64,000 bases of DNA from an uncultured Chloroflexia bacterium (GCA_963810095.1 CAWEMM010000009.1:288001-352000); one strand, 5' to 3'. Shown: positions 39,576 through 52,186, counted from the stretch's first letter. Numbers and translations: made by a program. Notes: generated from the letters alone by a model not told the origin.

Positions 39576-40328
39576 ATGAATCTGAATGGAAAGGTCGCTC
39601 TGGTCACCGGCGGAGCGGTCCGGGTTGGCCGGTCGATCTCGCTGGGGCTGGCGCGCGCCGGTGCAGACGTCGTCGTCAACTATAATTCTTCAGAGCGGCA
39701 AGCCGAGCAGACCGAGGCCGACATTGTCGCGCTGGGCCGCCGGGCAATGCGCTGCCAGGCGGACGTGTCGAAGGAAGCCCAGGTCCGGGCCATGATTGAC
39801 GCGACGATGGAGCGGTTCGGCCGGCTCGACGTCCTGATCAACAGCGCGTCCATCTGGAAAGGCACCCCTTGGCCCGACATCAGCGAGACCGAATGGGACC
39901 TCTTGAACGGCGTGGTGGCGAAAGGGTCATTCTTCTGCACGAAGGCCGCTGCGCCCCACTTGGCCGCCCACGGTGATGGCGCGATTGTCAACATCGTCGA
40001 TTTGTCGGCGTTCCGGCCCTTCGTCGGCTACCTGCCCCACTCCGCTGCTAAGGGTGCGCTGCTCAACATGACCTACGCGTTCGCGATCGAGATGGCACCT
40101 GAAGTCCGGGTCAATGCGGTCGCACCGGGGGCTGTTCTGGCGCCGCCCGGCCTCACAGAAGACGACCTCGCCATCGCGGCGCGTGCGACGCTTCTGCAAC
40201 GCTGGGGCGAGGCCGAAGATGTCACCAGGACCGTTGTCTTCCTGGTGGAGTCGCCCTACATCACGGGCGCCGTGATTCCCGTGGACGGGGGCGAGATGCT
40301 GGCCTGGCGCAGGCCCTGTTTCGACTGA
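39576..40328 (+). CDS. SDR oxidoreductase, pteridine reductase (PTR1/FolM)-like
   Basis: TGGAVRVG (Arg variant), NSAS, NIVD, YLPHSAAK, VRVNAVAPG, VDGG. Confidence 0.82.
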   Translation: MNLNGKVALVTGGAVRVGRSISLGLARAGADVVVNYNSSERQAEQTEADIVALGRRAMRCQADVSKEAQVRAMIDATMERFGRLDVLINSASIWKGTPWPDISETEWDLLNGVVAKGSFFCTKAAAPHLAAHGDGAIVNIVDLSAFRPFVGYLPHSAAKGALLNMTYAFAIEMAPEVRVNAVAPGAVLAPPGLTEDDLAIAARATLLQRWGEAEDVTRTVVFLVESPYITGAVIPVDGGEMLAWRRPCFD

Positions 40329-40346
40329 GAACAAAGGATCGCGCGT

Positions 40347-41734
40347 ATGCAGATCATTATGCCCAAACTGGGCCTGACCATGACGCAAGGCACCATCACG
40401 GAGTGGCTGAAGTCGCCCGGCGACGCCGTCCGGGCCGAAGAGGCCCTGTGCGCGTACGAGACGGAGAAGGTCACGCTCGAGTTGGTCGCGCCGGAAGACG
40501 GCGTCCTGGTCGAGATCCTCGCACCTGCGGGCGCGACGGTGCCCGCCGGCGGGCCGGTGTGCGAGTTCCGAGTGGGCGCGGCCGTGGGCGCGGAGGCGAC
40601 CGCGACTGCACCCGTGGCAGCGCAGGCCGGTCCGGTCCTCGCGACGCCGAAGGCGCGTGCCCTGGCACGTGAGCGGGGGGTGGCGCTGGCTGCACTGAGC
40701 GGCAGCGGCCCGGCCGGCCGGATACAGGCGGCCGATGTGGCGGCCGTAGCCGGCGCAGGAGCGCGACCCGCAGGTGGCCCCTGCCGGCGGAGGCCCGCTC
40801 AAGGCGACGCCGCTTGGCCCGCAAGATGGCGGCCGCCGAAGGGATCGATCTGGCTGCCCTGGAGGGCACGGGTCCCGAAGGCACGGTGACGCGCGAAGAT
40901 GTTGAGCAGGCAGTGGTGCAACGGGGGGCGCATCCTTCGACTCCGGCCGGAACGGCCTACGCTCAGGATCTCTTGCCACAAGCGCAGCCACTGCATCCTG
41001 AGCGGAGCGCGTCCCACTGGGACGCCGCGCAGCCGAAGGATGTGACCACAGGCGAGACCGTCCTCCCACACTCCGTGCTCCGCCGCACCATCGCCGAGCG
41101 CATGAGCCAGTCCGCCTTCACGGCGCCGCACGTCACGCTGATGACCGAGGCCGACGCAGCCAATCTCGTTTCGGCCCGCGCACAACTGAACCAAGAGACG
41201 CCTCCCGATAAAAAGATCAGCTACAATGCCCTGTTTTCGGCGTTGGTTGCCAAGGCGCTCAAGGACTATCCGGGGCTCAATGCGCGCTGGGAGGCGGACG
41301 GCGTTCACCTGCTGGCCGATGTCAACATCGCGTTGGCGGTTGATACGGAACGCGGGCTGATGACGCCGGTCTTGCAGGGCGTCGATCGCCTTAACCTGCC
41401 GGCCGTGCAAGCAGGTTTCGCTGCGCTCGTGTCTCGGGCCCTGGCCGGCAGATCGCTGCCAGGCGACTTCGACGGCGGCACGTTCACCATCACGAACCTG
41501 GGCGCCAGCGACATCGACGGCTTCACGCCGATTATCAACCCGCCGCAGGCCGCCATCCTGGGCATCGGCAGGATCATTGAGAAGCCGGTCGCGCGCGACG
41601 GCGCGGTGGTGATTCGCCCCATGGTTACGTTGAGCCTAAGCTTCGACCACCGCATCGTCGACGGTGGGCCGGCGGGCAGGTTCCTGCAGCGAATCAAGCA
41701 ACTCGTGGAAAGGCCCATGGCGCTGCTCCTATGA
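40347..41734 (+). CDS. Dihydrolipoamide acyltransferase E2 (frameshift near 40800)
   Basis: Lipoyl domain MPKLG..ETEKV, two binding domains, GGTFTITNLG, PIINPPQ, SFDHRIVDG. Confidence 0.92.
40931..40969 (+). repeat. CCTTCGACT..GCTCAGGA short element inside the E2 linker
   Basis: CATCCTTCGACTCCGGCCGGAACGGCCTACGCTCAGGAT = HPSTPAGTAYAQD. Confidence 0.68.
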
Positions 41735-43083
41735 CTCATGTATCCTGATCGAGAACGGCACGCTGCTCTCGCCCGGTGCGTCCGGGGCTCACGGAAACCG
41801 TGGGCTGGGTGGCGCTCGAAGGCGAGAGCGTCGCCGCGATCGGTCCGGGGGCCGCGCCGCCAAGAGTGGCGCGGCTCGTGCCCAGCGGCTCATCGACGCC
41901 CGGCACATGGCCGTGCTGCCCGGCCTGGTCAACGCGCACACCCACCTCTCGCAGACGTTCCTGCGCGGGCTGGCCGACGACCGGCCGCTGTTGCGCTGGC
42001 TCAAGGAAGTGATCTGGCCGGCCCAGGCCGCGATGACGCCCGAGGACCAGCACCTGGCCGCGCTGCTCGGGCTCGTCGAGAACCTGCACTGCGGCGCGGC
42101 GACGGTGGTCCAGCACCACAAGCTGCCGGGTTACGAGTACGAGGACGCGGTGTGCCGCGCCGCGGCCCAGGTGGGCGTACGGATGGTGCTGGCGCGCGGC
42201 TGGGTCGACCTGGGGGCTTCGGGCGAAGGTATCGACGCCATCCTGGCGGACATGACCCACCTGCACGATGACATGGGGCGGTGCGAACGGCGGCCGGATC
42301 ACGGTTGCTTCCGGGCCGCTGACCCCCTGGCGCTGCTGCGACGACGCGATGCGCGAGGCCACGGCCCTGGCACGCAGCTGGGGCGCAGCGACCCACATTC
42401 ATGTAGCCGAGGCCCAGGACGAAATCGACCTGCTCGAGCAGCGATGCGGCCGGCGCCACATCGAGTGGCTGGCCGATCTCGGCTGCCTGGGGCCCGACAC
42501 GCAATTGGTCCACGCCGTCCACGTCACCGACGGCGAACTCGACCTCATTGCCGCAGTCTGGCGCACAGGTCGTCCATTGCCCGACGAGCAACATGTACCT
42601 GGCATCCGGCGCCGCGCCGGTCCGCAAGATGCTGGACCGGGGCATCCCCGTGTTCGCTCGGCACCGACGGATCCGGGTCCAACAACTCGCAGGACCTGCT
42701 CGAATGCGCGAAGGTCGCGGCCCTGCTGGCGAAGCACTCGACCGGCGACGCGCAGGCGCTGGTTCCCGCAGAGGTCGTGCCGATGCTGCTGCCCGTGGCG
42801 TCCGGTGGCCGGCGGTGGCTCGAAGTGGGCGGGCCGGCCGACGTGACCATCGTGGACCTGAACAATGCCCGCTGCCAGCCCGTTCACAGCGTCGCCTCCG
42901 CACTGGTGTACAACGCGGCCGGCCCCGATGTCCACACCGTGATTGTCGGCGGGCAGATCTTGCTGGACGCCGGGCGAGTGACGACGGTCGACGAGAGCTG
43001 CGCTCCTGGACGCGTGCCGGGCGGCTGCGGGCCGGCTGATGGCGCGGGCGGGAATCACACCGGTGAGGCACGAGAATGGCTGA
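41731..43083 (+). CDS. Amidohydrolase, MTA/SAH deaminase (AtzA/TriA/SsnA) family; several frameshifts
   Basis: PGLVNAHTHL.Q..RGLADD, HIHVAE, LVHAVH, HCPTSNMYLASG, GTDG.GSNN. Confidence 0.87.
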
Positions 43084-43832
43084 GTTGCTCCCGATGGCAA
43101 CGTCTCTGGTCGGCAAGGTCGCGTTGGTGACGGGCGGCGGCATGCGGGTCGGCCGCGCCATCTAGCCTGGCATTGGCCCAGCGAGGCGCGGCGGTCGCCT
43201 TCACCCGCCTGTCGTGCGAGGAGTGCGAGCGCGACCGCGGACGAAATCGCCGAGTGCGGCGTGGAGGCGATGGCGCTGGAGCTCGACGTAACGCGAGCCG
43301 GGCGCGCCGGCGCAGGTCGTGGAGCGGGTGATCGAGCGGTTCGGCCGGATCGACATCCTGGTGAACAACGCGTCGGTGTGGCTCCGCGCCCCGTTCCTCG
43401 AGATCACGCCCGCCGCGTGGCAGCAGGCGCTCGACGTCAATCTGACCGGTCCGTTCCTGGTCAGCCAGGCCGTCGGCGCCGCACATGCTGCGGCAGGGGG
43501 GCGGCCTGATCGTGAACATCACCGATCTCTCGGCCTACCAGACGTGGAAGGAGTACGCGCATCATGCGGCCAGCAAAGCCGGCCTGGTGGCCCTGAGCCG
43601 CGTCATGGCGGCCGAGCTTGCGCCGCACGTGCGCGTCAACGCGATCGCGCCCGGCACCGTGCTCCTGCCCGAGGGCGCGCCCGACGCCAAGCGCGCTTGG
43701 GCCGAGGGCAACTCGCTGCTCAAGCGCGTCGGCCACCCGGAAGACGTGGCGCGCACTGTGCTCTATCTCGTCGACAGCGACTTCGCCACCGGCGGCGTCT
43801 ATTTCATCGACGGCGGCCGAGCTTTGGTTTGA
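43076..43832 (+). CDS. SDR oxidoreductase, pteridine reductase-like (second copy; frameshifts)
   Basis: TGGGMRVG, NNAS, NITD, YAHHAASK, VRVNAIAPG, IDGG. Confidence 0.8.
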
Positions 43833-43837
43833 GGGGA

Positions 43838-43930
43838 AATGGCACGCAGATTGAATTGATCTGGCTGATCCACACGATCTTTTCGCAGAGATCAGTTCAA
43901 ATCAGTTCTATCGGTTAAATCGGCGTCCTA
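43838..43930. repeat. AATGGCACGC-type palindromic element
   Basis: AATGGCACGCAGATT.. with 9-nt periodic xxGAT units ..AATCGGCGTCCTA. Confidence 0.7.
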
Positions 43931-43955
43931 CTTGGGCCTTCCTAAGGAGATCAAT

Positions 43956-44949
43956 ATGGCTATTCAGGACTACTCACCGGAGTTGTTGCTCCGACTTTAC
44001 CGGCAGATGCTATTGGTGCGCGAGTTTGAACTGCGCGCCATTGCCGAGCGTCGTGCAGGGCTGATCCCCGGCTTCATCCACAGCTGTGTAGGCCAGGAAG
44101 CCACGGCTGCGGGCGCATGCGCCGCGCTCGAACCGCACGACGTGATCGCCAGCACCCACCGCGGCCACGGTCACCTCGTCGCCAAGGGTGGCGAGCCGAA
44201 GTACATGATGGCCGAACTAGCCGCTCGCACCACCGGCTACTGCGGCGGCAAGGGCGGCTCACTCCACATGACCGATTTCAACCTTGGCATCCTGGGGGCG
44301 AACGGCATCGTCGGCGGCGGAATCCCCATCGCGGTCGGCGCCGGCCTGGCCTTCCAGCAGCGCCGCGAGCCCCGGGTGGCCCTCTCCTTCTTCGGCGACG
44401 GCGCGACCAACGAAGGCTCCTTTCACGAGGCGCTGAACCTGGCCGGGTTGTGGAAGCTGCCCGTGGTCTTCTTCTGCGAGAACAACCTCTACGGCGAGGG
44501 CACGCCCCAGAACAAGCAGGCGCCGGTAGCCGATCTTGCCATCCGGGCAAGCAGCTACGCGATGCCGGGCGTGACCGTGGACGGTAACGACGTGTTGGCG
44601 GTGTACGAGGCGACGAAGGTCGCAGCCGACCGCGCACGTTCCGGCGGGGGCCCCACGCTGGTCGAGGGCAAGACCTACCGCCAGCGCGGCCACTACGAAG
44701 GGGACCCGATGGTCTATCGCAGCAAGGCCGAAATGGACGAGTGGAAGGGCCGGGATCCCGTCGTCTCGTTCCGCCGGCGGCTGTTGAGCGAGGCCGGCAT
44801 CGGCGAGGGCGAGGTCATCGCGCTGGAAAAGGACGTCCAGGCGCTGCTCAACGAGGCAGTGGCGTTTGCGGCATCCAGCCCCAAGCCCGCAGCCCGAGAC
44901 GGCGCTTGCCGGCGTTTACGGCGACACGCACGACGGACTGGTCTTCTAG
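43956..44949 (+). CDS. ThDP-dependent dehydrogenase E1 alpha (acetoin/pyruvate DH family); frameshift near 3' end
   Basis: GFIHSCVGQEA, STHRGHGH, GANGIVGGG, FFGDGA, ENN, RGHYEGD. Confidence 0.92.
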
Positions 44950-45048
44950 TCCGAGCGGAGTCGAGGCTTCTTCCGGCAGACCGCCCACAAGCGCCGCTCC
45001 AATGTCAGCAGCGAAGGCGGCCGTTCCACCAGGGGGATAAGGGTAGAC

Positions 45049-46035
45049 ATGAGCATCATCACTTACAGTCAAGCCATCTATAACGCCATGCGCGAGGAAA
45101 TGGACCGCGACCCCAACGTCATCCTCATTGGCGAGGATGTGGGCACATTTGGCGGCGTCTGGGGGGTCTCGGGCGACCTGGTCAAGATCTACGGCGAGGA
45201 TCGCGTGCGCGACACCCCGATCAGCGAGGCGGCCATCGTGGGTGCGGGCCTGGGCGCGGCGATGGTCGGTATGCGTCCCATTGTCGAGATCATGTTCGGC
45301 GACTTCCTGCCTGTCGCAGGCGATCAGCTGGTTAACCAGTTGGCGAAGGCCCGCTACATGAGTGGCGGGAAGGCGAGCGTCCCTGTGACCGTCCGCGTTA
45401 CCACGGGTGCGCCCGGCTCGTCGGCCGCGCAGCACTCGCAGTCGCCTGAGGGCTGGTACATGAATGTACCCGGCCTGAAGATCGCGGTGCCCGCCACGCC
45501 CGCCGATGCGAAGGGCCTGCTCAAAACCGCGCTCCGCGGAGAGGACCCCGTCCTCTTCTTCGAGCACAAGATGCTGTACGCGGTGAAGGGAGAGGTCCCC
45601 GACGATCCGGACTTCATGGTGCCGTTCGGCCAGGCGCAGATCAGCCGGCCTGGCAAGCGACCTGACCATCGTGGCGATCGGCGGGATGCTGCCGAAGGCG
45701 CTCGAAGCCGCGGGGATTCTGGCAAACGAGGGCATCGACGCCGAAGTCGTCGACCCCCGCACGCTTGTGCCGCTCGACAAGGAGACGATCGTCGCGTCGG
45801 TCAAGAAGACCAGCAGCTGTTGATCGTTCACGAGGCGCACAAGCGGCTGGGACCGGGCGCAGAGATTGCCGCGATGATCGCGGAAGAGGCGATCGGCTAC
45901 CTGGACGGCCCGATTGTGCGGGTGGCCGCCAAGAACGTGCCCTTGCCCTACAGCCCGGATCTCGAGAACACGGTGCTGCCAAGCTGCGAGGATATCGTCG
46001 AGAAGGCGCGCGGGCTGGCGCGCGGCAAGCTGTAG
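45049..46035 (+). CDS. Dehydrogenase E1 beta subunit (compensating frameshifts about 45660-45820)
   Basis: [38 protein letters not shown]. Confidence 0.92.
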   Translation: MSIITYSQAIYNAMREEMDRDPNVILIGEDVGTFGGVWGVSGDLVKIYGEDRVRDTPISEAAIVGAGLGAAMVGMRPIVEIMFGDFLPVAGDQLVNQLAKARYMSGGKASVPVTVRVTTGAPGSSAAQHSQSPEGWYMNVPGLKIAVPATPADAKGLLKTALRGEDPVLFFEHKMLYAVKGEVPDDPDFMVPFGQAQISRPGKRPDHRGDRRDAAEGARSRGDSGKRGHRRRSRRPPHACAARQGDDRRVGQEDQQLLIVHEAHKRLGPGAEIAAMIAEEAIGYLDGPIVRVAAKNVPLPYSPDLENTVLPSCEDIVEKARGLARGKL

Positions 46036-46043
46036 GACGGCCG

Positions 46044-46076
46044 AGACCTCGGAGGTTTCAAGAACCTCCGAGATCT
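46044..46076. repeat. 33-bp AGACCT..AGATCT palindrome
   Basis: AGACCTCGGAGGTTTCAAGAACCTCCGAGATCT. Confidence 0.78.
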
Positions 46077-46099
46077 GGTCCGCGCAAGGGAGCAATCGC

Positions 46100-47996
46100 A
46101 TGTCCAGAATGGCAGTCGTCGACCTGTCAACGGGCCGCATCACGATGAGCGAAACGCCGGCAGAACTGCTGCGCGACTACCTGGGAGGCCGCGGCCTCGG
46201 CGCCCGGCTGCTCTACGACCTGGTCGGTCCCGAGGTCGATCCGCTCGGTCCGGACAACTACCTGATCTTCACCGCCGCGCCGCTGGCCGGCACGCCCTGG
46301 CCGACTTCTGCGCGTATGCACGTCACCTTCAAGTCGCCGGCCACGGGCATCTATGGCTACGCCAACACGGGCGGGCCAGATCGTCGCGCGAGCTGCGCCA
46401 CGCGGGCTACGACGCGCTGCTCGTGACCGGCCGGGCGCCCGTAGCCGTCAGTCCTCCGGGTGGTCGACGACGAGATCACCATCGTCCCTGCGCCCGAGCT
46501 GTGGGGCCTGCAGACCGGCGCGGTGCACGATGCGCTGCTGGGCAGCGAGGGCAGCGCCGGCAAGGGACGCAACGGGTGTGTTGCCTGCATCGGTCCGGCC
46601 GGCGAGAACCTGGTCAAGATCGCCGCGATCATCAACGATCGCGGCCGGGCGGCGGCGCGCGGCGGGCCCGGCGCAGTGATGGGCAGCAAGAACCTGAAGG
46701 CGCTCCACGTCACGGCCACCAGCCGGCCGCCGACCAGCCCCGAGTTCCGCGAGGCCGCCAAAGAGACGGTCGGGAAGCTGCAAGGCCGATCCGCATCTCG
46801 ACGGTCTGCGCAAATGGGGCACGCTGGTGCTGATGGACTCGCAAGAACATCGGCGGCGATCAGCCGGCCAAGAACCACCAGTTCGTCCAGGTGCCCTACA
46901 TCAACAAAGTCAACGCCAAGGCGTTCGACCGCTACGTCGAGCAGCACCGGGGCTGCTATTCCTGCCCGATCCGCTGCAGCCGTGACTCGAAGGTCGCCGA
47001 AGGACCCTACCAGGTCGAAATGGAGGGCCCGGAGTACGAGACCACCAACGCCCTTGGCCCGATGTGTTGGGTCAGCGACCCTGAGGCCATCCTCTACGCC
47101 AACCGGCTGTGCAACGAGTACGGCCTGGATACCATCTCGACCGGCGTGACCGTCGCGTTTGCGCTGGAGCTGCGCGAGCGCGGGATCATCTGGCGACGAG
47201 CCGGACCTGGCGCTGGAATGGGGTAGCCCCGCGGCGCTGCACGGCTTGATCGAGCGGATCGCCCTGCGCCGCGGCATCGGCGACGTGCTTGCCGAGGGCA
47301 CGCGGCGGGCCGCGGAGATGATCGGCGGCGGCGCCGAGCGGTATGCGATGCAGGTCAAGGGGCTGGAACTGCCGCGCCAGGAGCCGCGCTTCGCCAAGGG
47401 CTTTGGCCTCGGCCACGCCACCTCGAACCGCGGCGCGGATCACCTTTACGGTATGCCGGCCATCGACCTGGCCGGCGCCTGGGATGTCGCGAACCGGCTG
47501 TTTGCCCCGGAGATCGTGCCCGAGCTGATGGATCCGGCCAACGAACGGTATAAGCCCGACATGGTCGTGTACGGCGAGCATTTCTGTGCGGTGACCGATA
47601 GCCTCGGCATCTGCAAGTTCAGCACGATCGAGGAGTGGGCGTTGTTCCCCGACGACCTGGCGCCCGGCGTGGCCGCGCTGTGGGGCCACCCGGTCACCGG
47701 CGCGGACCTGCTGGCCGTCGGCGAGCGGATCGTGAACCTGGAGCGCATGTACAACGTGCGCCAGGGCTTGTCGCGGGCAGACGACCAGTTGCCCAAGCGC
47801 TTCACGACCGAGCCCGCGCCCCTGTACGAGTATGAAGAGGACCCCGCGACCGGCCAGATGGTGCGCTCGGCCGAGCCCATCCGCGAGGGCCTGCTGCACG
47901 ACTTCGACGGGATGCTCGACCGGTACTACGATGCTGCGCGGCTGGACGCCCGATGGCAAGCCCACCGCGGAGACACTGAAGCGAGTCGGACTTTAG
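46100..47996 (+). CDS. Aldehyde:ferredoxin oxidoreductase family (W/Mo-bis-pterin), frameshifted
   Basis: YLGGRGLG, KSPATG, CIGPAGE, GAVMGSKNLKA, CYSCPIRC, GPEYET, GLDTISTG, VKGLELP..EPR, RGADH, DSLGICKF. Confidence 0.9.
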
Positions 47997-48091
47997 CGAC
48001 GTGTTTCGTTTACTTTTGATGTGATTTCTGATACACTTGCTCTCGGTGCATGCCAGCCAGGCACAGCGGCTATCACGTGCACGGGGGTGCG

Positions 48092-48348
48092 ATGATCACG
48101 GTCGACGTCCGTTTCTTTGGCAGGATGGAGCAGTTCACCCGGCAGGCTTCCGCCGGCAGTCCAGCGGGAACTCCCGCTGGTTCAGCTGCCCGACGGGCGC
48201 GCAGGTGAACGATCTGCTGCGCCTGCTGGGGATTCCGACGGTCGACGGGCGTCCGCTCGTCAGCGTAAATGGGTTCTACGAGCGGGATGACGCGGTGTTG
48301 TCGGATGGCGACCGCGTTCAGCTATTGCGAACCGTCGTCGGTGGGTAA
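48092..48348 (+). CDS. MoaD/ThiS family sulfur carrier (frameshift)
   Basis: MITVDVRFFG N-term, VNG, LSDGDRV, C-terminal GG. Confidence 0.82.
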
Positions 48349-48399
48349 CGTCCCCGTTGCTCGCATTCGGGCGGGGGACCTTGATGCAAGGATGAATCT

Positions 48400-49282
48400 A
48401 TGCCTAGATTCGACTACTTGAGAGCGCAATCCGTGGAGCATGCGTTAGAACTGCTCGCCGATCCCGCGCACGTCAGCCGGCCGCTTGCCGGAGGAACGGA
48501 CCTCCTGGTGCTGATCCGGCACCAGCAGCCGGTCTTCGACCGGGTGGTGGACCTGACGCGCGTGCCCGAGATGAAGGCCATCGAGCAGCGGCGGCGATGC
48601 GAGATCTACATCGGCGCGGCGGCCAGCTTCACCGACGCTGGCCGAGAGCGCCGTGCTGCAGCAGTTCGCACCGTGCCTGGTCGAGGCCGCGCTGACCGTA
48701 GGCGGACCGGCCATTCGCAATGCAGGCACCATCGGCGGCAATACGATCAACGCGGCGGCATGCGCCGACGGCGTGCCCTCGCTCGTGTGCCTCGATGCGG
48801 TGGCGCACCTGGCGAGCACGAGCGGAACGCGCTCGCTCCTGGTCAGCGACCTGGTGACCGGCGCGAACGGACCGCGGTCCGGCCCGGCGAGTTGCTCACC
48901 CATTTCACGTTTCCGCTGCCGCCGGCCGGCGCGCGGCAGGCTTTCACCAAGCTCGGCCGGCGCAACGCGCAGGCCATCTCCCGGCTCAGCATGGCCGCCG
49001 CCGGCCACCTGGACGAGCACGGCTGCGTCGATTATGTGCGCCTGGTGCCCGGCGCGGCGATGCCGACCCCGCGGCGCTTCCCAGAAGTGGAGAAGATGCT
49101 GCTGGGCCAGGCGCCGACCGACGACATTCTGGCCGCGGCCGGGCTGCAAGACCGCCGAGCTGATGCTCGAAGTCACCGGCCGCCGCTGGTCGACCGAGTA
49201 CAAGGAAGTCGCGATCCAGGCGCTGGCCGAGCGCACGTTGCGCCGGGTGCTGGTGGGTGAGGGAGAGGTGAACGTATGCTGA
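48400..49282 (+). CDS. XDH family FAD-binding subunit (frameshifted)
   Basis: LAGGTD, IRNAGTIGGN, KLGRRNAQAISR, WSTEYK. Confidence 0.87.
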
Positions 49283-49748
49283 TCGAGTTCACGGTGAACG
49301 GCCGCCCGGTCGCCGTCGAGGCGCCGCCAGATATCTCGCTGCTGACCCTGCTCCGCGACTACCTCGGCCTGACCGGCTCGAAGGAAGGCTGCTCGGTGGG
49401 CGAGTGCGGCGCGTGCTCCGTGATCATGGACGGCCGCCTGGTCAACAGCTGCCTGGTGCTGGCGCCGCAGGCCGGCGGGAGCGAGATCATCACGATCGAA
49501 GGCGTCCACGCGGACCGGACGGCGGCCCGAACGACATGCAGGAGAACTTCATCACATACGGCGCGGTCCAGTGCGGCATCTGCATCCCGGGGATGGTGAT
49601 GGCCGGAGAGGCGCTGTTGTTGCACAACCCGCAGCCAACCCGTGCCGAGATCCGCACCGCCCTTGCCGGCAATCTCTGCCGCTGCACCGGCTACCAGCAG
49701 ATCGTCGACGCCATCGAAGCGACCGCCGTCGGCCGGCGAACAGGCTAA
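49276..49748 (+). CDS. XDH family (2Fe-2S) subunit (frameshift near 49510)
   Basis: GCSVGECGAC..C, QCGIC, GNLCRCTGY. Confidence 0.9.
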
Positions 49749-49815
49749 CACAAGAACGAAGACACGAAGGTCACGAAGTCTTCGACGTGCCCTGGGTGTC
49801 TTTGAGACTTTGTGG
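49748..49815. repeat. ACGAAGAC-type palindromic intergenic repeat
   Basis: ACGAAGACACGAAGGTCACGAAG ... GTGTCTTTGAGACTTTGTGG. Confidence 0.6.
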
Positions 49816-49841
49816 TCGTCAAACGTAACGGAGAGCGACAA

Positions 49842-52186
49842 ATGCCTGAGCTGCAATATATCGGCAAGCCCGCCCGCCGGGTCGACGCGCTGGATAAGGT
49901 GATGGGGCGGGCGAAGTACATCGGCGACCGCAAGCTGCCCGGCATGCTGCACGCCCGCTGCCTGCGCAGCGAGGTGCCGCATGCGCGGATCGTCAAGACC
50001 TCGACGTTCGGCCTGCGCTCGCCGTGCCCGGCGTTTGCGCCGTGATCACGAGCGAGGACTACTTCGAGCACGGGCTGTACGGCTTCCCGGTCAAAGACAA
50101 GTACATGCTGGCCTACCAGAAGGTGCGCTACGTCGGCGAGGCCATCGCCGCGGTCGCCGCGGAGACGCCCGAGGCTGCGCTGAAGGGCATCGAGGCGATC
50201 ATCTGCGAGCTGGAGCCGCTGCCCGGCCTGTTCGACCCGGAGCTCAGCCTGGCACCCGACGCGCCCCAGGTGGGCCCGGACCGGCCGGACGGCAAGCACC
50301 CGAATTTCCTGGACAACGCTGATCGTGCAGAAAAGGCGACTCCGCTGGCCGAGTGGGCGGCCTGCCCGGTCAAGCTGGAACAGCGCTATTCGGTCGTGCC
50401 GCAGGAGCACGCGTACATCGAGCCCGAGGGCGACGCTCGCCATCCCGACGCGCGAGGGCGGCGTGGTCGTCTACGCGCCGAACCAGAGCCCCTTCGTCAA
50501 CCAGTCGAACCTGGCGCTGGTGCTCGACCTGCCGTACAACCTCGTCCGCATCATCCAGCCGCCCGTAGGCGGTTCCTTCGGCGGCAAGGACGACCTGATC
50601 TACGAGACCTCTGCCCAGGTCGCCAAGCTGGCGCTCAAGGCCGGGCGGCCGGTCCGCATGATCTTCAGCCGCGAGGAGAGCCTGATCGCGAGCTACAAGC
50701 GCGATCCCGATGCGCATGAAGATCTGGCTCGGCGCGGACACCGACGGCACGCTGCGCGCCTGCAAGTTCGACGGGCTGCTGGACTCCGGCGCCTACGCGT
50801 CCGAGAGCCCCTTCACCGCCTGGCGCGCGAGCATCCACGCCATGGGCGCGTACCGCTATGACGCCTGCGATGTCGACATAACCTGCGTCTACACCAACAA
50901 CGGCTACTACGGCGCGTTCCGCGGCTTCGGCAACACGGAGGTCTGCTCGGCGATCGAGCAGGCGGTCGACGAGGTGGCCGAGGCCGTGGGCATGGACCCC
51001 ATGGACTTCCGCCTGAAGAACTGCCTGCGGGTGGGCGACGAGACGCCGCACGGGCAAACGCTGACCGAGTCGGTCGAGCGTGGCCGACTGCCTTGCCACC
51101 GTCCGCCGGCTGAGCGACTGGGACCGGAAGCGGGCCGCGTACGCCAACGCAGGCCGGCGACATCCGCCGCGGCATCGGCGTGGCCGCGCTCTTCCACGGC
51201 ACCTCGCTGGGCGCCGAGGGCCACGACTACGCGGGCAGCACCGATCGCCGTCGAGCAGAACTACTCGATCGACCTGACGTCCGGGCCTGACCGACTACGG
51301 CACCGGCTCGCGCACCGTCTTCACGCTCATCGCGGCCGAAGAACTGGGCGTGCATCCCGATCGCATCCACATGCAGCGGCCCGACACGGATACGGCGGTG
51401 GAGTCGGGCCCGACGGTGGCAAGCCGCTCGACCATGCTGGGCGGCAACGCGGCGCGCGTCGCGGCAACGCAACCTGCGCCAGACGCTCGACTACGCCGCA
51501 GCCGACCTGCTTGGCTGCGAGCTGTACCAGCTCGTCCGCCACGGCGAGGACTACGTCGGGCCCGAGCGAGGAGCCGGTTAGCTGGGAGCGGGTGGTGGAT
51601 CACGCCCGGGAGATGGGGCTGGCGCTGTCGGCGCAGGGCAAGTGGACCGCGCCGCACATCAACTGGGACCATCATGCCGGCCGCGGCACCCCGTACATGG
51701 CCTATCACTTCGCCGCTCAGGTGGCCGAAGTCGAGGTCGACACCCGGACGGGCAATGTGCAGGTGGTCGGCCTGTGGGCCGCGCACGATCCGGGCAAGGT
51801 GATCTTCCCGCAGGGCGCATACGGCCAGCTCTTCGGCGGCATCGCGCAGGGCCTCGGCTACGCGCTCATGGAGCAGATCACGTATACCGACGGCTATCTG
51901 CAGGAGACCAACTTCGAGTCCTACCTGATCCCGACGTCGGTCGACGTGCCCGAGCTGGTCGGGACGTTCGTCGAAGCGCCCTTCTCCAAGGGCCCGTACG
52001 GCGCCAAGAACATCGCCGAGCCGGCGATGGTCCCCACCGCGCCGGCCATCCTCAACGCGATCTACCATGCGACGGGCAAGCGCGTCCGCGACCTGCCCGC
52101 CAACCTGGAGCGCGTCCTGCTCGGGCCGCGACCTGGCAAAGGGCGGCTCGCCGAAGGCCTGCAAGCTGGGCCTGCACACGGCATAG
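49842..52186 (+). CDS. XDH family molybdopterin-binding subunit (many frameshifts)
   Basis: IGKPARRVDA, HAYIEP, GGSFGGK, AFRGFGNTE, GPTVASR, HDPGKVI, GPYGAKNIAEP. Confidence 0.9.

Noticed and set aside
48020-48036. CRP/FNR-like site TGTGA-N6-ATACA upstream of moaD
   Set aside because: Single weak match in an AT-rich spacer; not supportable alone.
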